Source of the DNA: the human T2T-CHM13v2.0 reference genome, Homo sapiens
Assembly (NCBI RefSeq): GCF_009914755.1
Contig: NC_060941.1
Strand: one strand, 5' to 3'
Length of the DNA: 64,000 nucleotides
Below the pieces are notes generated by a model. The model ran no database searches and was not told where the DNA came from. It worked only from the letters and a program-made list of their open reading frames with translations. Made by a program: the position numbers and the translations under genes. Positions 24,501 to 39,500 of the stretch are shown here, in pieces (positions within the stretch are counted from its first letter, which is position 1; the number at the start of each line of letters is the position of its first letter).

Positions 24501-27500
24501 TCACATGACATCTAGACAGAAGCATCCTCAGAAGCTTCTCTGTGATGACTGCATTCAACTCACGGAGTTGAACACTCCTTTTGAGAGCGCAGTTTTGAAA
24601 CTCTCTTTCTGTGGCATCTGCAAGGGGACACGTAGACCTCTTTGAAGATTTCGTTGGAAACGGAATCATCTTCACATAAAAACTATACAGACGCATTCTC
24701 AGGAACTTTTTGGTGATGTTTGTATTCAACTCCCAGAGTTGAACTTTCCTTTGGAAAGAGCAGCTATGAAACACTCTTTTTCTAGAATCTGCAAGTGGAC
24801 GTTTGGAGGGCTTTGTGGTTTGTGGTGGAAAAGGAAATATCTTCACCTAAATACTAGATAGAAGCATTCTCAGAAACTGCTTTGTGATGATTGCATTCAC
24901 CTCACAGAGTTGAACATTCCTATTGATAGAGCAGTTTGGAAACACTCTTGTTGTGGAATGTGCAAGTGGAGATTTGGAGCGCTTTGAGGCCTATGGTAGT
25001 AAAGGGAATAGCTTCATAGAAAAACTAGACAGAAGCATTCTCAGAAAATACTTTGTGATGATTGAGTTTAACTCACAGAGCTGAACATTCCTTTGGATGG
25101 AGCAGGTTTGAGACACACTTTTTGTAGAATCTACAAGTGGATATTTGGACCTCTCTGAGGATTTCGTTGGAAACGGGATAACTGCACCTAACTAAACGGA
25201 AGCATTCTCAGAAACTTCTTGGTGATGTTTGCATTCAAATCCCAGAGTTGAACCTTCCTTTGATAGTTCAGGTTTGAAACACTCTTTTTGTAGGATCTGC
25301 AAGTGGATATTTGGACCACTCTGTGGCCTTCGTTCGAAACGGGTATATCTTCGCATAAAATCTAGACAGAAGCCTTCTCAGAAACTTCTCTGTGATGATT
25401 GCATTCAACTCACAGAGTTGAACCCTCCTATGGATAGAGCAGTGTTGAAACTCTCTTTTTGTGGAATCTGCAAGTGGATATGTGGACCTCTCCGAAGATG
25501 TCTTTGGAAACGGGAATATCTTCACATAAAAACTAAACAGAAGCATTCTCAGAAACTTCTCTGTGATGTTTGTGTTCAACTCCCAGAGTTTCACATTGCT
25601 TTTCATAGAGTAGTTCTGAAACATGCTTTTCGTAGTGTCTACAAGTGGACATTTGGAGCGCTTTCAGGCCTGTGGTGGAAAACGAATTATGGTCACATAA
25701 AAACTGGAGAGAAGCATTGTCAGAAACTTCTTTGTGATGATTGCATTCAACTCACAGAGTTGAAGGTTCCTTTTCAAAGAGCAGTTTCCAATCACTCTTT
25801 CTGTGGAATCTGCAAGTGGATATTTGGACCTATTTTGAAGATTTCGTTGGAAACGGGAGAATCTTCACAGGAAAGCTAAACAGAAGCATTCTCAGAAACT
25901 TCTTTGTGATGCTTGCATTCAACTCACAGAGTTGAACTTTCCTTTCGAGAGAGAAGCTTTGAAACACTCTTTTTCCAGAATCTGCAAGTGGACATTTGGA
26001 GGGCTTTGAGGCCTGTGGTGGAAAAGGAATTATCTTCCCGTAAAAGCTAGATAGAAGCATTCTCAGAAACTACTTTGTGATGATTGCATTCAAGTCACAG
26101 AGTTGAACATTCCCTTTGACAGAGCAGTTTGGAAACTCTCTTTGTGTAGAATCTGCAAGTGGAGATATGGACCGCTTTGAGGCCTATGGTAGTAAAGGAA
26201 ATAGCTTCATATAAAAGCTAGACAGTAGCATTCACAGAAAACTCTTGGTGACGACTGAGTTTAACTCACAGAGCTGAACATTCCTTTGGATGGAGCAGTT
26301 TCGAAACACACTATTTGTAGAATGTGCAAGTGGATATTTAGGCCTCTCTGAGGATTTCGTTGGAAACGGGATAAACCGCACAGAACTAAACAGAAGCATT
26401 CTCAGAACCTTCTTCGTGATGTTTGCATTCAACTCACAGTGTTGAACCTTTCTTTGATAGTTCAGGTTTGAAACGGTCTTTCTGTAGAAACTGCAAGTAG
26501 ATATTTGGACCTCTCTGAGGATTTCGTTGGAAACGGGATAACCCGCACAGAACTAAAACAGAAGCATTCTCAGAACCCTCTTCGTGATGTTTGCATTCAA
26601 CTCACAGTGCTGAACCTTTCTTTGATAGTTCAGCTTTGAAACACTCTTTTTGTAGAAACTGCAAGTGGATATTTGGTCCTCTCTGAGCATTTCGTTGGAA
26701 ACGGGATAAACTGCACAGAACTAAACAGAAGCATTCTCAGAACCTTCTTCGTGATGTCTGCATTCAACTCACAGTGTGGAACCTTTCTTTGATAGTTCAG
26801 GTTTGAAACACTCTTTTTGTAGAAACTGCAAGGGGATAATTGCACTCTTTGAGGAGTACCGTAGTAAAGGAAATAACTTCCTATAAAAAGAAGACAGAAG
26901 CTTTCTCAGAAAATTCTTTGGGATGATTGAGTTGAACTCACAGAGCTGAGCATTCCTTGCGATGTAGCAGTTTAGAAACACACTTTCTGCAGAATCTGCA
27001 AGTGCATATTTGGACCTCTGTGAGGAATTCGTTGGAAACGGGATAATTTCAGCTGACTAAACAGAAGCAGTCTCAGAATCTTCTTTGTGATGTTTGCATT
27101 CAAATCCCCGAGTTGAACTTTCCTTTCAAAGTTCACGTTTGAAACACTCTTTTTGCAGGATCTACAAGTGGATATTTGGACCACTCTGTGTCCTTCGTTC
27201 GAAACGGGTATATCTTCACATGACATCTAGACAGAAGCATCCTCAGAAGCTTCTCTGTGATGACTGCATTCAACTCACGGAGTTGAACACTCCTTTTGAG
27301 AGCGCAGTTTTGAAACTCTCTTTCTGTGGCATCTGCAAGGGGACACGTAGACCTCTTTGAAGATTTCGTTGGAAACGGAATCATCTTCACATAAAAACTA
27401 TACAGACGCATTCTCAGGAACTTTTTGGTGATGTTTGTATTCAACTCCCAGAGTTGAACTTTCCTTTGGAAAGAGCAGCTATGAAACACTCTTTTTCTAG

Positions 27501-30500
27501 AATCTGCAAGTGGACGTTTGGAGGGCTTTGTGGTTTGTGGTGGAAAAGGAAATATCTTCACCTAAATACTAGATAGAAGCATTCTCAGAAACTGCTTTGT
27601 GATGATTGCATTCACCTCACAGAGTTGAACATTCCTATTGATAGAGCAGTTTGGAAACACTCTTGTTGTGGAATGTGCAAGTGGAGATTTGGAGCGCTTT
27701 GAGGCCTATGGTAGTAAAGGGAATAGCTTCATAGAAAAACTAGACAGAAGCATTCTCAGAAAATACTTTGTGATGATTGAGTTTAACTCACAGAGCTGAA
27801 CATTCCTTTGGATGGAGCAGGTTTGAGACACACTTTTTGTAGAATCTACAAGTGGATATTTGGACCTCTCTGAGGATTTCGTTGGAAACGGGATAACTGC
27901 ACCTAACTAAACGGAAGCATTCTCAGAAACTTCTTGGTGATGTTTGCATTCAAATCCCAGAGTTGAACCTTCCTTTGATAGTTCAGGTTTGAAACACTCT
28001 TTTTGTAGGATCTGCAAGTGGATATTTGGACCACTCTGTGGCCTTCGTTCGAAACGGGTATATCTTCGCATAAAATCTAGACAGAAGCCTTCTCAGAAAC
28101 TTCTCTGTGATGATTGCATTCAACTCACAGAGTTGAACCCTCCTATGGATAGAGCAGTGTTGAAACTCTCTTTTTGTGGAATCTGCAAGTGGATATGTGG
28201 ACCTCTCCGAAGATGTCTTTGGAAACGGGAATATCTTCACATAAAAACTAAACAGAAGCATTCTCAGAAACTTCTCTGTGATGTTTGTGTTCAACTCCCA
28301 GAGTTTCACATTGCTTTTCATAGAGTAGTTCTGAAACATGCTTTTCGTAGTGTCTACAAGTGGACATTTGGAGCGCTTTCAGGCCTGTGGTGGAAAACGA
28401 ATTATGGTCACATAAAAACTGGAGAGAAGCATTGTCAGAAACTTCTTTGTGATGATTGCATTCAACTCACAGAGTTGAAGGTTCCTTTTCAAAGAGCAGT
28501 TTCCAATCACTCTTTGTGTGGAATCTGCAAGTGGATATTTGGACCTATTTTGAAGATTTCGTTGGAAACGGGAGAATCTTCACAGGAAAGCTAAACAGAA
28601 GCATTCTCAGAAACTTCTTTGTGATGCTTGCATTCAACTCACAGAGTTGAACTTTCCTTTCGAGAGAGAAGCTTTGAAACACTCTTTTTCCAGAATCTGC
28701 AAGTGGACATTTGGAGGGCTTTGAGGCCTGTGGTGGAAAAGGAATTATCTTCCCGTAAAAGCTAGATAGAAGCATTCTCAGAAACTACTTTGTGATGATT
28801 GCATTCAAGTCACAGAGTTGAACATTCCCTTTGACAGAGCAGTTTGGAAACTCTCTTTGTGTAGAATCTGCAAGTGGAGATATGGACCGCTTTGAGGCCT
28901 ATGGTAGTAAAGGAAATAGCTTCATATAAAAGCTAGACAGTAGCATTCACAGAAAACTCTTGGTGACGACTGAGTTTAACTCACAGAGCTGAACATTCCT
29001 TTGGATGGAGCAGTTTCGAAACACACTATTTGTAGAATGTGCAAGTGGATATTTAGGCCTCTCTGAGGATTTCGTTGGAAACGGGATAAACCGCACAGAA
29101 CTAAACAGAAGCATTCTCAGAACCTTCTTCGTGATGTTTGCATTCAACTCACAGTGTTGAACCTTTCTTTGATAGTTCAGGTTTGAAACGGTCTTTCTGT
29201 AGAAACTGCAAGTAGATATTTGGACCTCTCTGAGGATTTCGTTGGAAACGGGATAACCCGCACAGAACTAAAACAGAAGCATTCTCAGAACCCTCTTCGT
29301 GATGTTTGCATTCAACTCACAGTGCTGAACCTTTCTTTGATAGTTCAGCTTTGAAACACTCTTTTTGTAGAAACTGCAAGTGGATATTTGGTCCTCTCTG
29401 AGCATTTCGTTGGAAACGGGATAAACTGCACAGAACTAAACAGAAGCATTCTCAGAACCTTCTTCGTGATGTCTGCATTCAACTCACAGTGTGGAACCTT
29501 TCTTTGATAGTTCAGGTTTGAAACACTCTTTTTGTAGAAACTGCAAGGGGATAATTGCACTCTTTGAGGAGTACCGTAGTAAAGGAAATAACTTCCTATA
29601 AAAAGAAGACAGAAGCTTTCTCAGAAAATTCTTTGGGATGATTGAGTTGAACTCACAGAGCTGAGCATTCCTTGCGATGTAGCAGTTTAGAAACACACTT
29701 TCTGCAGAATCTGCAAGTGCATATTTGGACCTCTGTGAGGAATTCGTTGGAAACGGGATAATTTCAGCTGACTAAACAGAAGCAGTCTCAGAATCTTCTT
29801 TGTGATGTTTGCATTCAAATCCCCGAGTTGAACTTTCCTTTCAAAGTTCACGTTTGAAACACTCTTTTTGCAGGATCTACAAGTGGATATTTGGACCACT
29901 CTGTGTCCTTCGTTCGAAACGGGTATATCTTCACATGACATCTAGACAGAAGCATCCTCAGAAGCTTCTCTGTGATGACTGCATTCAACTCACGGAGTTG
30001 AACACTCCTTTTGAGAGCGCAGTTTTGAAACTCTCTTTCTGTGGCATCTGCAAGGGGACACGTAGACCTCTTTGAAGATTTCGTTGGAAACGGAATCATC
30101 TTCACATAAAAACTATACAGACGCATTCTCAGGAACTTTTTGGTGATGTTTGTATTCAACTCCCAGAGTTGAACTTTCCTTTGGAAAGAGCAGCTATGAA
30201 ACACTCTTTTTCTAGAATCTGCAAGTGGACGTTTGGAGGGCTTTGTGGTTTGTGGTGGAAAAGGAAATATCTTCACCTAAATACTAGATAGAAGCATTCT
30301 CAGAAACTGCTTTGTGATGATTGCATTCACCTCACAGAGTTGAACATTCCTATTGGTAGAGCAGTTTGGAAACACTCTTGTTGTGGAATGTGCAAGTGGA
30401 GATTTGGAGCGCTTTGAGGCCTATGGTAGTAAAGGGAATAGCTTCATAGAAAAACTAGACAGAAGCATTCTCAGAAAATACTTTGTGATGATTGAGTTGA

Positions 30501-33500
30501 ACTCACAGAGCTGAACATTCCTTTGGATGGAGCAGGTTTGAGACACACTTTTTGTAGAATCTACAAGTGGATATTTGGACCTCTCTGAGGATTTCGTTGG
30601 AAACGGGATAACTGCACCTAACTAAACGGAAGCATTCTCAGAAACTTCTTGGTGATGTTTGCATTCAAATCCCAGAGTTGAACCTTCCTTTGATAGTTCA
30701 GGTTTGAAACACTCTTTTTGTAGGATCTGCAAGTGGATATTTGGACCACTCTGTGGCCTTCGTTCGAAACGGGTATATCTTCGCATAAAATCTAGACAGA
30801 AGCCTTCTCAGAAACTTCTCTGTGATGATTGCATTCAACTCACAGAGTTGAACCCTCCTATGGATAGAGCAGTGTTGAAACTCTCTTTTTGTGGAATCTG
30901 CAAGTGGATATGTGGACCTCTCCGAAGATGTCTTTGGAAACGGGAATATCTTCACATAAAAACTAAACAGAAGCATTCTCAGAAACTTCTCTGTGATGTT
31001 TGTGTTCAACTCCCAGAGTTTCACATTGCTTTTCATAGAGTAGTTCTGAAACATGCTTTTCGTAGTGTCTACAAGTGGACATTTGGAGCGCTTTCAGGCC
31101 TGTGGTGGAAAACGAATTATGGTCACATAAAAACTGGAGAGAAGCATTGTCAGAAACTTCTTTGTGATGATTGCATTCAACTCACAGAGTTGAAGGTTCC
31201 TTTTCAAAGAGCAGTTTCCAATCACTCTTTGTGTGGAATCTGCAAGTGGATATTTGGACCTATTTTGAAGATTTCGTTGGAAACGGGAGAATCTTCACAG
31301 GAAAGCTAAACAGAAGCATTCTCAGAAACTTCTTTGTGATGCTTGCATTCAACTCACAGAGTTGAACTTTCCTTTCGAGAGAGAAGCTTTGAAACACTCT
31401 TTTTCCAGAATCTGCAAGTGGACATTTGGAGGGCTTTGAGGCCTGTGGTGGAAAAGGAATTATCTTCCCGTAAAAGCTAGATAGAAGCATTCTCAGAAAC
31501 TACTTTGTGATGATTGCATTCAAGTCACAGAGTTGAACATTCCCTTTGACAGAGCAGTTTGGAAACTCTCTTTGTGTAGAATCTGCAAGTGGAGATATGG
31601 ACCGCTTTGAGGCCTATGGTAGTAAAGGAAATAGCTTCATATAAAAGCTAGACAGTAGCATTCACAGAAAACTCTTGGTGACGACTGAGTTTAACTCACA
31701 GAGCTGAACATTCCTTTGGATGGAGCAGTTTCGAAACACACTATTTGTAGAATGTGCAAGTGGATATTTAGGCCTCTCTGAGGATTTCGTTGGAAACGGG
31801 ATAAACCGCACAGAACTAAACAGAAGCATTCTCAGAACCTTCTTCGTGATGTTTGCATTCAACTCACAGTGTTGAACCTTTCTTTGATAGTTCAGGTTTG
31901 AAACGGTCTTTCTGTAGAAACTGCAAGTAGATATTTGGACCTCTCTGAGGATTTCGTTGGAAACGGGATAACCCGCACAGAACTAAAACAGAAGCATTCT
32001 CAGAACCCTCTTCGTGATGTTTGCATTCAACTCACAGTGCTGAACCTTTCTTTGATAGTTCAGCTTTGAAACACTCTTTTTGTAGAAACTGCAAGTGGAT
32101 ATTTGGTCCTCTCTGAGCATTTCGTTGGAAACGGGATAAACTGCACAGAACTAAACAGAAGCATTCTCAGAACCTTCTTCGTGATGTCTGCATTCAACTC
32201 ACAGTGTGGAACCTTTCTTTGATAGTTCAGGTTTGAAACACTCTTTTTGTAGAAACTGCAAGGGGATAATTGCACTCTTTGAGGAGTACCGTAGTAAAGG
32301 AAATAACTTCCTATAAAAAGAAGACAGAAGCTTTCTCAGAAAATTCTTTGGGATGATTGAGTTGAACTCACAGAGCTGAGCATTCCTTGCGATGTAGCAG
32401 TTTAGAAACACACTTTCTGCAGAATCTGCAAGTGCATATTTGGACCTCTGTGAGGAATTCGTTGGAAACGGGATAATTTCAGCTGACTAAACAGAAGCAG
32501 TCTCAGAATCTTCTTTGTGATGTTTGCATTCAAATCCCCGAGTTGAACTTTCCTTTCAAAGTTCACGTTTGAAACACTCTTTTTGCAGGATCTACAAGTG
32601 GATATTTGGACCACTCTGTGTCCTTCGTTCGAAACGGGTATATCTTCACATGACATCTAGACAGAAGCATCCTCAGAAGCTTCTCTGTGATGACTGCATT
32701 CAACTCACGGAGTTGAACACTCCTTTTGAGAGCGCAGTTTTGAAACTCTCTTTCTGTGGCATCTGCAAGGGGACACGTAGACCTCTTTGAAGATTTCGTT
32801 GGAAACGGAATCATCTTCACATAAAAACTATACAGATGCATTCTCAGGAACTTTTTGGTGATGTTTGTATTCAACTCCCAGAGTTGAACTTTCCTTTGGA
32901 AAGAGCAGCTATGAAACACTCTTTTTCTAGAATCTGCAAGTGGACGTTTGGAGGGCTTTGTGGTTTGTGGTGGAAAAGGAAATATCTTCACCTAAATACT
33001 AGATAGAAGCATTCTCAGAAACTGCTTTGTGATGATTGCATTCACCTCACAGAGTTGAACATTCCTATTGATAGAGCAGTTTGGAAACACTCTTGTTGTG
33101 GAATGTGCAAGTGGAGATTTGGAGCGCTTTGAGGCCTATGGTAGTAAAGGGAATAGCTTCATAGAAAAACTAGACAGAAGCATTCTCAGAAAATACTTTG
33201 TGATGATTGAGTTTAACTCACAGAGCTGAACATTCCTTTGGATGGAGCAGGTTTGAGACACACTTTTTGTAGAATCTACAAGTGGATATTTGGACCTCTC
33301 TGAGGATTTCGTTGGAAACGGGATAACTGCACCTAACTAAACGGAAGCATTCTCAGAAACTTCTTGGTGATGTTTGCATTCAAATCCCAGAGTTGAACCT
33401 TCCTTTGATAGTTCAGGTTTGAAACACTCTTTTTGTAGGATCTGCAAGTGGATATTTGGACCACTCTGTGGCCTTCGTTCGAAACGGGTATATCTTCGCA

Positions 33501-36500
33501 TAAAATCTAGACAGAAGCCTTCTCAGAAACTTCTCTGTGATGATTGCATTCAACTCACAGAGTTGAACCCTCCTATGGATAGAGCAGTGTTGAAACTCTC
33601 TTTTTGTGGAATCTGCAAGTGGATATGTGGACCTCTCCGAAGATGTCTTTGGAAACGGGAATATCTTCACATAAAAACTAAACAGAAGCATTCTCAGAAA
33701 CTTCTCTGTGATGTTTGTGTTCAACTCCCAGAGTTTCACAATGCTTTTCATAGAGTAGTTCTGAAACATGCTTTTCGTAGTGTCTACAAGTGGACATTTG
33801 GAGCGCTTCAGGCCTGTGGTGGAAAACGAATTATGGTCACATAAAAACTGGAGAGAAGCATTGTCAGAAACTTCTTTGTGATGATTGCATTCAACTCACA
33901 GAGTTGAAGGTTCCTTTTCAAAGAGCAGTTTCCAATCACTCTTTCTGTGGAATCTGCAAGTGGATATTTGGACCTATTTTGAAGATTTCGTTGGAAACGG
34001 GAGAATCTTCACAGGAAAGCTAAACAGAAGCATTCTCAGAAACTTCTTTGTGATGCTTGCATTCAACTCACAGAGTTGAACTTTCCTTTCGAGAGAGAAG
34101 CTTTGAAACACTCTTTTTCCAGAATCTGCAAGTGGACATTTGGAGGGCTTTGAGGCCTGTGGTGGAAAAGGAATTATCTTCCCGTAAAAGCTAGATAGAA
34201 GCATTCTCAGAAACTACTTTGTGATGATTGCATTCAAGTCACAGAGTTGAACATTCCCTTTGACAGAGCAGTTTGGAAACTCTCTTTGTGTAGAATCTGC
34301 AAGTGGAGATATGGACCGCTTTGAGGCCTATGGTAGTAAAGGAAATAGCTTCATATAAAAGCTAGACAGTAGCATTCACAGAAAACTCTTGGTGACGACT
34401 GAGTTTAACTCACAGAGCTGAACATTCCTTTGGATGGAGCAGTTTCGAAACACACTATTTGTAGAATGTGCAAGTGGATATTTAGGCCTCTCTGAGGATT
34501 TCGTTGGAAACGGGATAAACCGCACAGAACTAAACAGAAGCATTCTCAGAACCTTCTTCGTGATGTTTGCATTCAACTCACAGTGTTGAACCTTTCTTTG
34601 ATAGTTCAGGTTTGAAACGGTCTTTCTGTAGAAACTGCAAGTAGATATTTGGACCTCTCTGAGGATTTCGTTGGAAACGGGATAACCCGCACAGAACTAA
34701 AACAGAAGCATTCTCAGAACCCTCTTCGTGATGTTTGCATTCAACTCACAGTGCTGAACCTTTCTTTGATAGTTCAGCTTTGAAACACTCTTTTTGTAGA
34801 AACTGCAAGTGGATATTTGGTCCTCTCTGAGGATTTCGTTGGAAACGGGATAAACTGCACAGAACTAAACAGAAGCATTCTCAGAACCTTCTTCGTGATG
34901 TCTGCATTCAACTCACAGTGTGGAACCTTTCTTTGATAGTTCAGGTTTGAAACACTCTTTTTGTAGAAACTGCAAGGGGATAATTGCACTCTTTGAGGAG
35001 TACCGTAGTAAAGGAAATAACTTCCTATAAAAAGAAGACAGAAGCTTTCTCAGAAAATTCTTTGGGATGATTGAGTTGAACTCACAGAGCTGAGCATTCC
35101 TTGCGATGTAGCAGTTTAGAAACACACTTTCTGCAGAATCTGCAAGTGCATATTTGGACCTCTGTGAGGAATTCGTTGGAAACGGGATAATTTCAGCTGA
35201 CTAAACAGAAGCAGTCTCAGAATCTTCTTTGTGATGTTTGCATTCAAATCCCCGAGTTGAACTTTCCTTTCAAAGTTCACGTTTGAAACACTCTTTTTGC
35301 AGGATCTACAAGTGGATATTTGGACCACTCTGTGTCCTTCGTTCGAAACGGGTATATCTTCACATGACATCTAGACAGAAGCATCCTCAGAAGCTTCTCT
35401 GTGATGACTGCATTCAACTCACGGAGTTGAACACTCCTTTTGAGAGCGCAGTTTTGAAACTCTCTTTCTGTGGCATCTGCAAGGGGACACGTAGACCTCT
35501 TTGAAGATTTCGTTGGAAACGGAATCATCTTCACATAAAAACTATACAGACGCATTCTCAGGAACTTTTTGGTGATGTTTGTATTCAACTCCCAGAGTTG
35601 AACTTTCCTTTGGAAAGAGCAGCTATGAAACACTCTTTTTCTAGAATCTGCAAGTGGACGTTTGGAGGGCTTTGTGGTTTGTGGTGGAAAAGGAAATATC
35701 TTCACCTAAATACTAGATAGAAGCATTCTCAGAAACTGCTTTGTGATGATTGCATTCACCTCACAGAGTTGAACATTCCTATTGATAGAGCAGTTTGGAA
35801 ACACTCTTGTTGTGGAATGTGCAAGTGGAGATTTGGAGCGCTTTGAGGCCTATGGTAGTAAAGGGAATAGCTTCATAGAAAAACTAGACAGAAGCATTCT
35901 CAGAAAATACTTTGTGATGATTGAGTTTAACTCACAGAGCTGAACATTCCTTTGGATGGAGCAGGTTTGAGACACACTTTTTGTAGAATCTACAAGTGGA
36001 TATTTGGACCTCTCTGAGGATTTCGTTGGAAACGGGATAACTGCACCTAACTAAACGGAAGCATTCTCAGAAACTTCTTGGTGATGTTTGCATTCAAATC
36101 CCAGAGTTGAACCTTCCTTTGATAGTTCAGGTTTGAAACACTCTTTTTGTAGGATCTGCAAGTGGATATTTGGACCACTCTGTGGCCTTCGTTCGAAACG
36201 GGTATATCTTCGCATAAAATCTAGACAGAAGCCTTCTCAGAAACTTCTCTGTGATGATTGCATTCAACTCACAGAGTTGAACCCTCCTATGGATAGAGCA
36301 GTGTTGAAACTCTCTTTTTGTGGAATCTGCAAGTGGATATGTGGACCTCTCCGAAGATGTCTTTGGAAACGGGAATATCTTCACATAAAAACTAAACAGA
36401 AGCATTCTCAGAAACTTCTCTGTGATGTTTGTGTTCAACTCCCAGAGTTTCACATTGCTTTTCATAGAGTAGTTCTGAAACATGCTTTTCGTAGTGTCTA

Positions 36501-39500
36501 CAAGTGGACATTTGGAGCGCTTTCAGGCCTGTGGTGGAAAACGAATTATGGTCACATAAAAACTGGAGAGAAGCATTGTCAGAAACTTCTTTGTGATGAT
36601 TGCATTCAACTCACAGAGTTGAAGGTTCCTTTTCAAAGAGCAGTTTCCAATCACTCTTTGTGTGGAATCTGCAAGTGGATATTTGGACCTATTTTGAAGA
36701 TTTCGTTGGAAACGGGAGAATCTTCACAGGAAAGCTAAACAGAAGCATTCTCAGAAACTTCTTTGTGATGCTTGCATTCAACTCACAGAGTTGAACTTTC
36801 CTTTCGAGAGAGAAGCTTTGAAACACTCTTTTTCCAGAATCTGCAAGTGGACATTTGGAGGGCTTTGAGGCCTGTGGTGGAAAAGGAATTATCTTCCCGT
36901 AAAAGCTAGATAGAAGCATTCTCAGAAACTACTTTGTGATGATTGCATTCAAGTCACAGAGTTGAACATTCCCTTTGACAGAGCAGTTTGGAAACTCTCT
37001 TTGTGTAGAATCTGCAAGTGGAGATATGGACCGCTTTGAGGCCTATGGTAGTAAAGGAAATAGCTTCATATAAAAGCTAGACAGTAGCATTCACAGAAAA
37101 CTCTTGGTGACGACTGAGTTTAACTCACAGAGCTGAACATTCCTTTGGATGGAGCAGTTTCGAAACACACTATTTGTAGAATGTGCAAGTGGATATTTAG
37201 GCCTCTCTGAGGATTTCGTTGGAAACGGGATAAACCGCACAGAACTAAACAGAAGCATTCTCAGAACCTTCTTCGTGATGTTTGCATTCAACTCACAGTG
37301 TTGAACCTTTCTTTGATAGTTCAGGTTTGAAACGGTCTTTCTGTAGAAACTGCAAGTAGATATTTGGACCTCTCTGAGGATTTCGTTGGAAACGGGATAA
37401 CCCGCACAGAACTAAAACAGAAGCATTCTCAGAACCCTCTTCGTGATGTTTGCATTCAACTCACAGTGCTGAACCTTTCTTTGATAGTTCAGCTTTGAAA
37501 CACTCTTTTTGTAGAAACTGCAAGTGGATATTTGGTCCTCTCTGAGCATTTCGTTGGAAACGGGATAAACTGCACAGAACTAAACAGAAGCATTCTCAGA
37601 ACCTTCTTCGTGATGTCTGCATTCAACTCACAGTGTGGAACCTTTCTTTGATAGTTCAGGTTTGAAACACTCTTTTTGTAGAAACTGCAAGGGGATAATT
37701 GCACTCTTTGAGGAGTACCGTAGTAAAGGAAATAACTTCCTATAAAAAGAAGACAGAAGCTTTCTCAGAAAATTCTTTGGGAAGATTGAGTTGAACTCAC
37801 AGAGCTGAGCATTCCTTGCGATGTAGCAGTTTAGAAACACACTTTCTGCAGAATCTGCAAGTGCATATTTGGACCTCTGTGAGGAATTCGTTGGAAACGG
37901 GATAATTTCAGCTGACTAAACAGAAGCAGTCTCAGAATCTTCTTTGTGATGTTTGCATTCAAATCCCCGAGTTGAACTTTCCTTTCAAAGTTCACGTTTG
38001 AAACACTCTTTTTGCAGGATCTACAAGTGGATATTTGGACCACTCTGTGTCCTTCGTTCGAAACGGGTATATCTTCACATGACATCTAGACAGAAGCATC
38101 CTCAGAAGCTTCTCTGTGATGACTGCATTCAACTCACGGAGTTGAACACTCCTTTTGAGAGCGCAGTTTTGAAACTCTCTTTCTGTGGCATCTGCAAGGG
38201 GACACGTAGACCTCTTTGAAGATTTCGTTGGAAACGGAATCATCTTCACATAAAAACTATACAGACGCATTCTCAGGAACTTTTTGGTGATGTTTGTATT
38301 CAACTCCCAGAGTTGAACTTTCCTTTGGAAAGAGCAGCTATGAAACACTCTTTTTCTAGAATCTGCAAGTGGACGTTTGGAGGGCTTTGTGGTTTGTGGT
38401 GGAAAAGGAAATATCTTCACCTAAATACTAGATAGAAGCATTCTCAGAAACTGCTTTGTGATGATTGCATTCACCTCACAGAGTTGAACATTCCTATTGA
38501 TAGAGCAGTTTGGAAACACTCTTGTTGTGGAATGTGCAAGTGGAGATTTGGAGCGCTTTGAGGCCTATGGTAGTAAAGGGAATAGCTTCATAGAAAAACT
38601 AGACAGAAGCATTCTCAGAAAATACTTTGTGATGATTGAGTTTAACTCACAGAGCTGAACATTCCTTTGGATGGAGCAGGTTTGAGACACACTTTTTGTA
38701 GAATCTACAAGTGGATATTTGGACCTCTCTGAGGATTTCGTTGGAAACGGGATAACTGCACCTAACTAAACGGAAGCATTCTCAGAAACTTCTTGGTGAT
38801 GTTTGCATTCAAATCCCAGAGTTGAACCTTCCTTTGATAGTTCAGGTTTGAAACACTCTTTTTGTAGGATCTGCAAGTGGATATTTGGACCACTCTGTGG
38901 CCTTCGTTCGAAACGGGTATATCTTCGCATAAAATCTAGACAGGAGCCTTCTCAGAAACTTCTCTGTGATGATTGCATTCAACTCACAGAGTTGAACCCT
39001 CCTATGGATAGAGCAGTGTTGAAACTCTCTTTTTGTGGAATCTGCAAGTGGATATGTGGACCTCTCCGAAGATGTCTTTGGAAACGGGAATATCTTCACA
39101 TAAAAACTAAACAGAAGCATTCTCAGAAACTTCTCTGTGATGTTTGTGTTCAACTCCCAGAGTTTCACATTGCTTTTCATAGAGTAGTTCTGAAACATGC
39201 TTTTCGTAGTGTCTACAAGTGGACATTTGGAGCGCTTTCAGGCCTGTGGTGGAAAACGAATTATGGTCACATAAAAACTGGAGAGAAGCATTGTCAGAAA
39301 CTTCTTTGTGATGATTGCATTCAACTCACAGAGTTGAAGGTTCCTTTTCAAAGAGCAGTTTCCAATCACTCTTTGTGTGGAATCTGCAAGTGGATATTCG
39401 GACCTATTTTGAAGATTTCGTTGGAAACGGGAGAATCTTCACAGGAAAGCTAAACAGAAGCATTCTCAGAAACTTCTTTGTGATGCTTGCATTCAACTCA

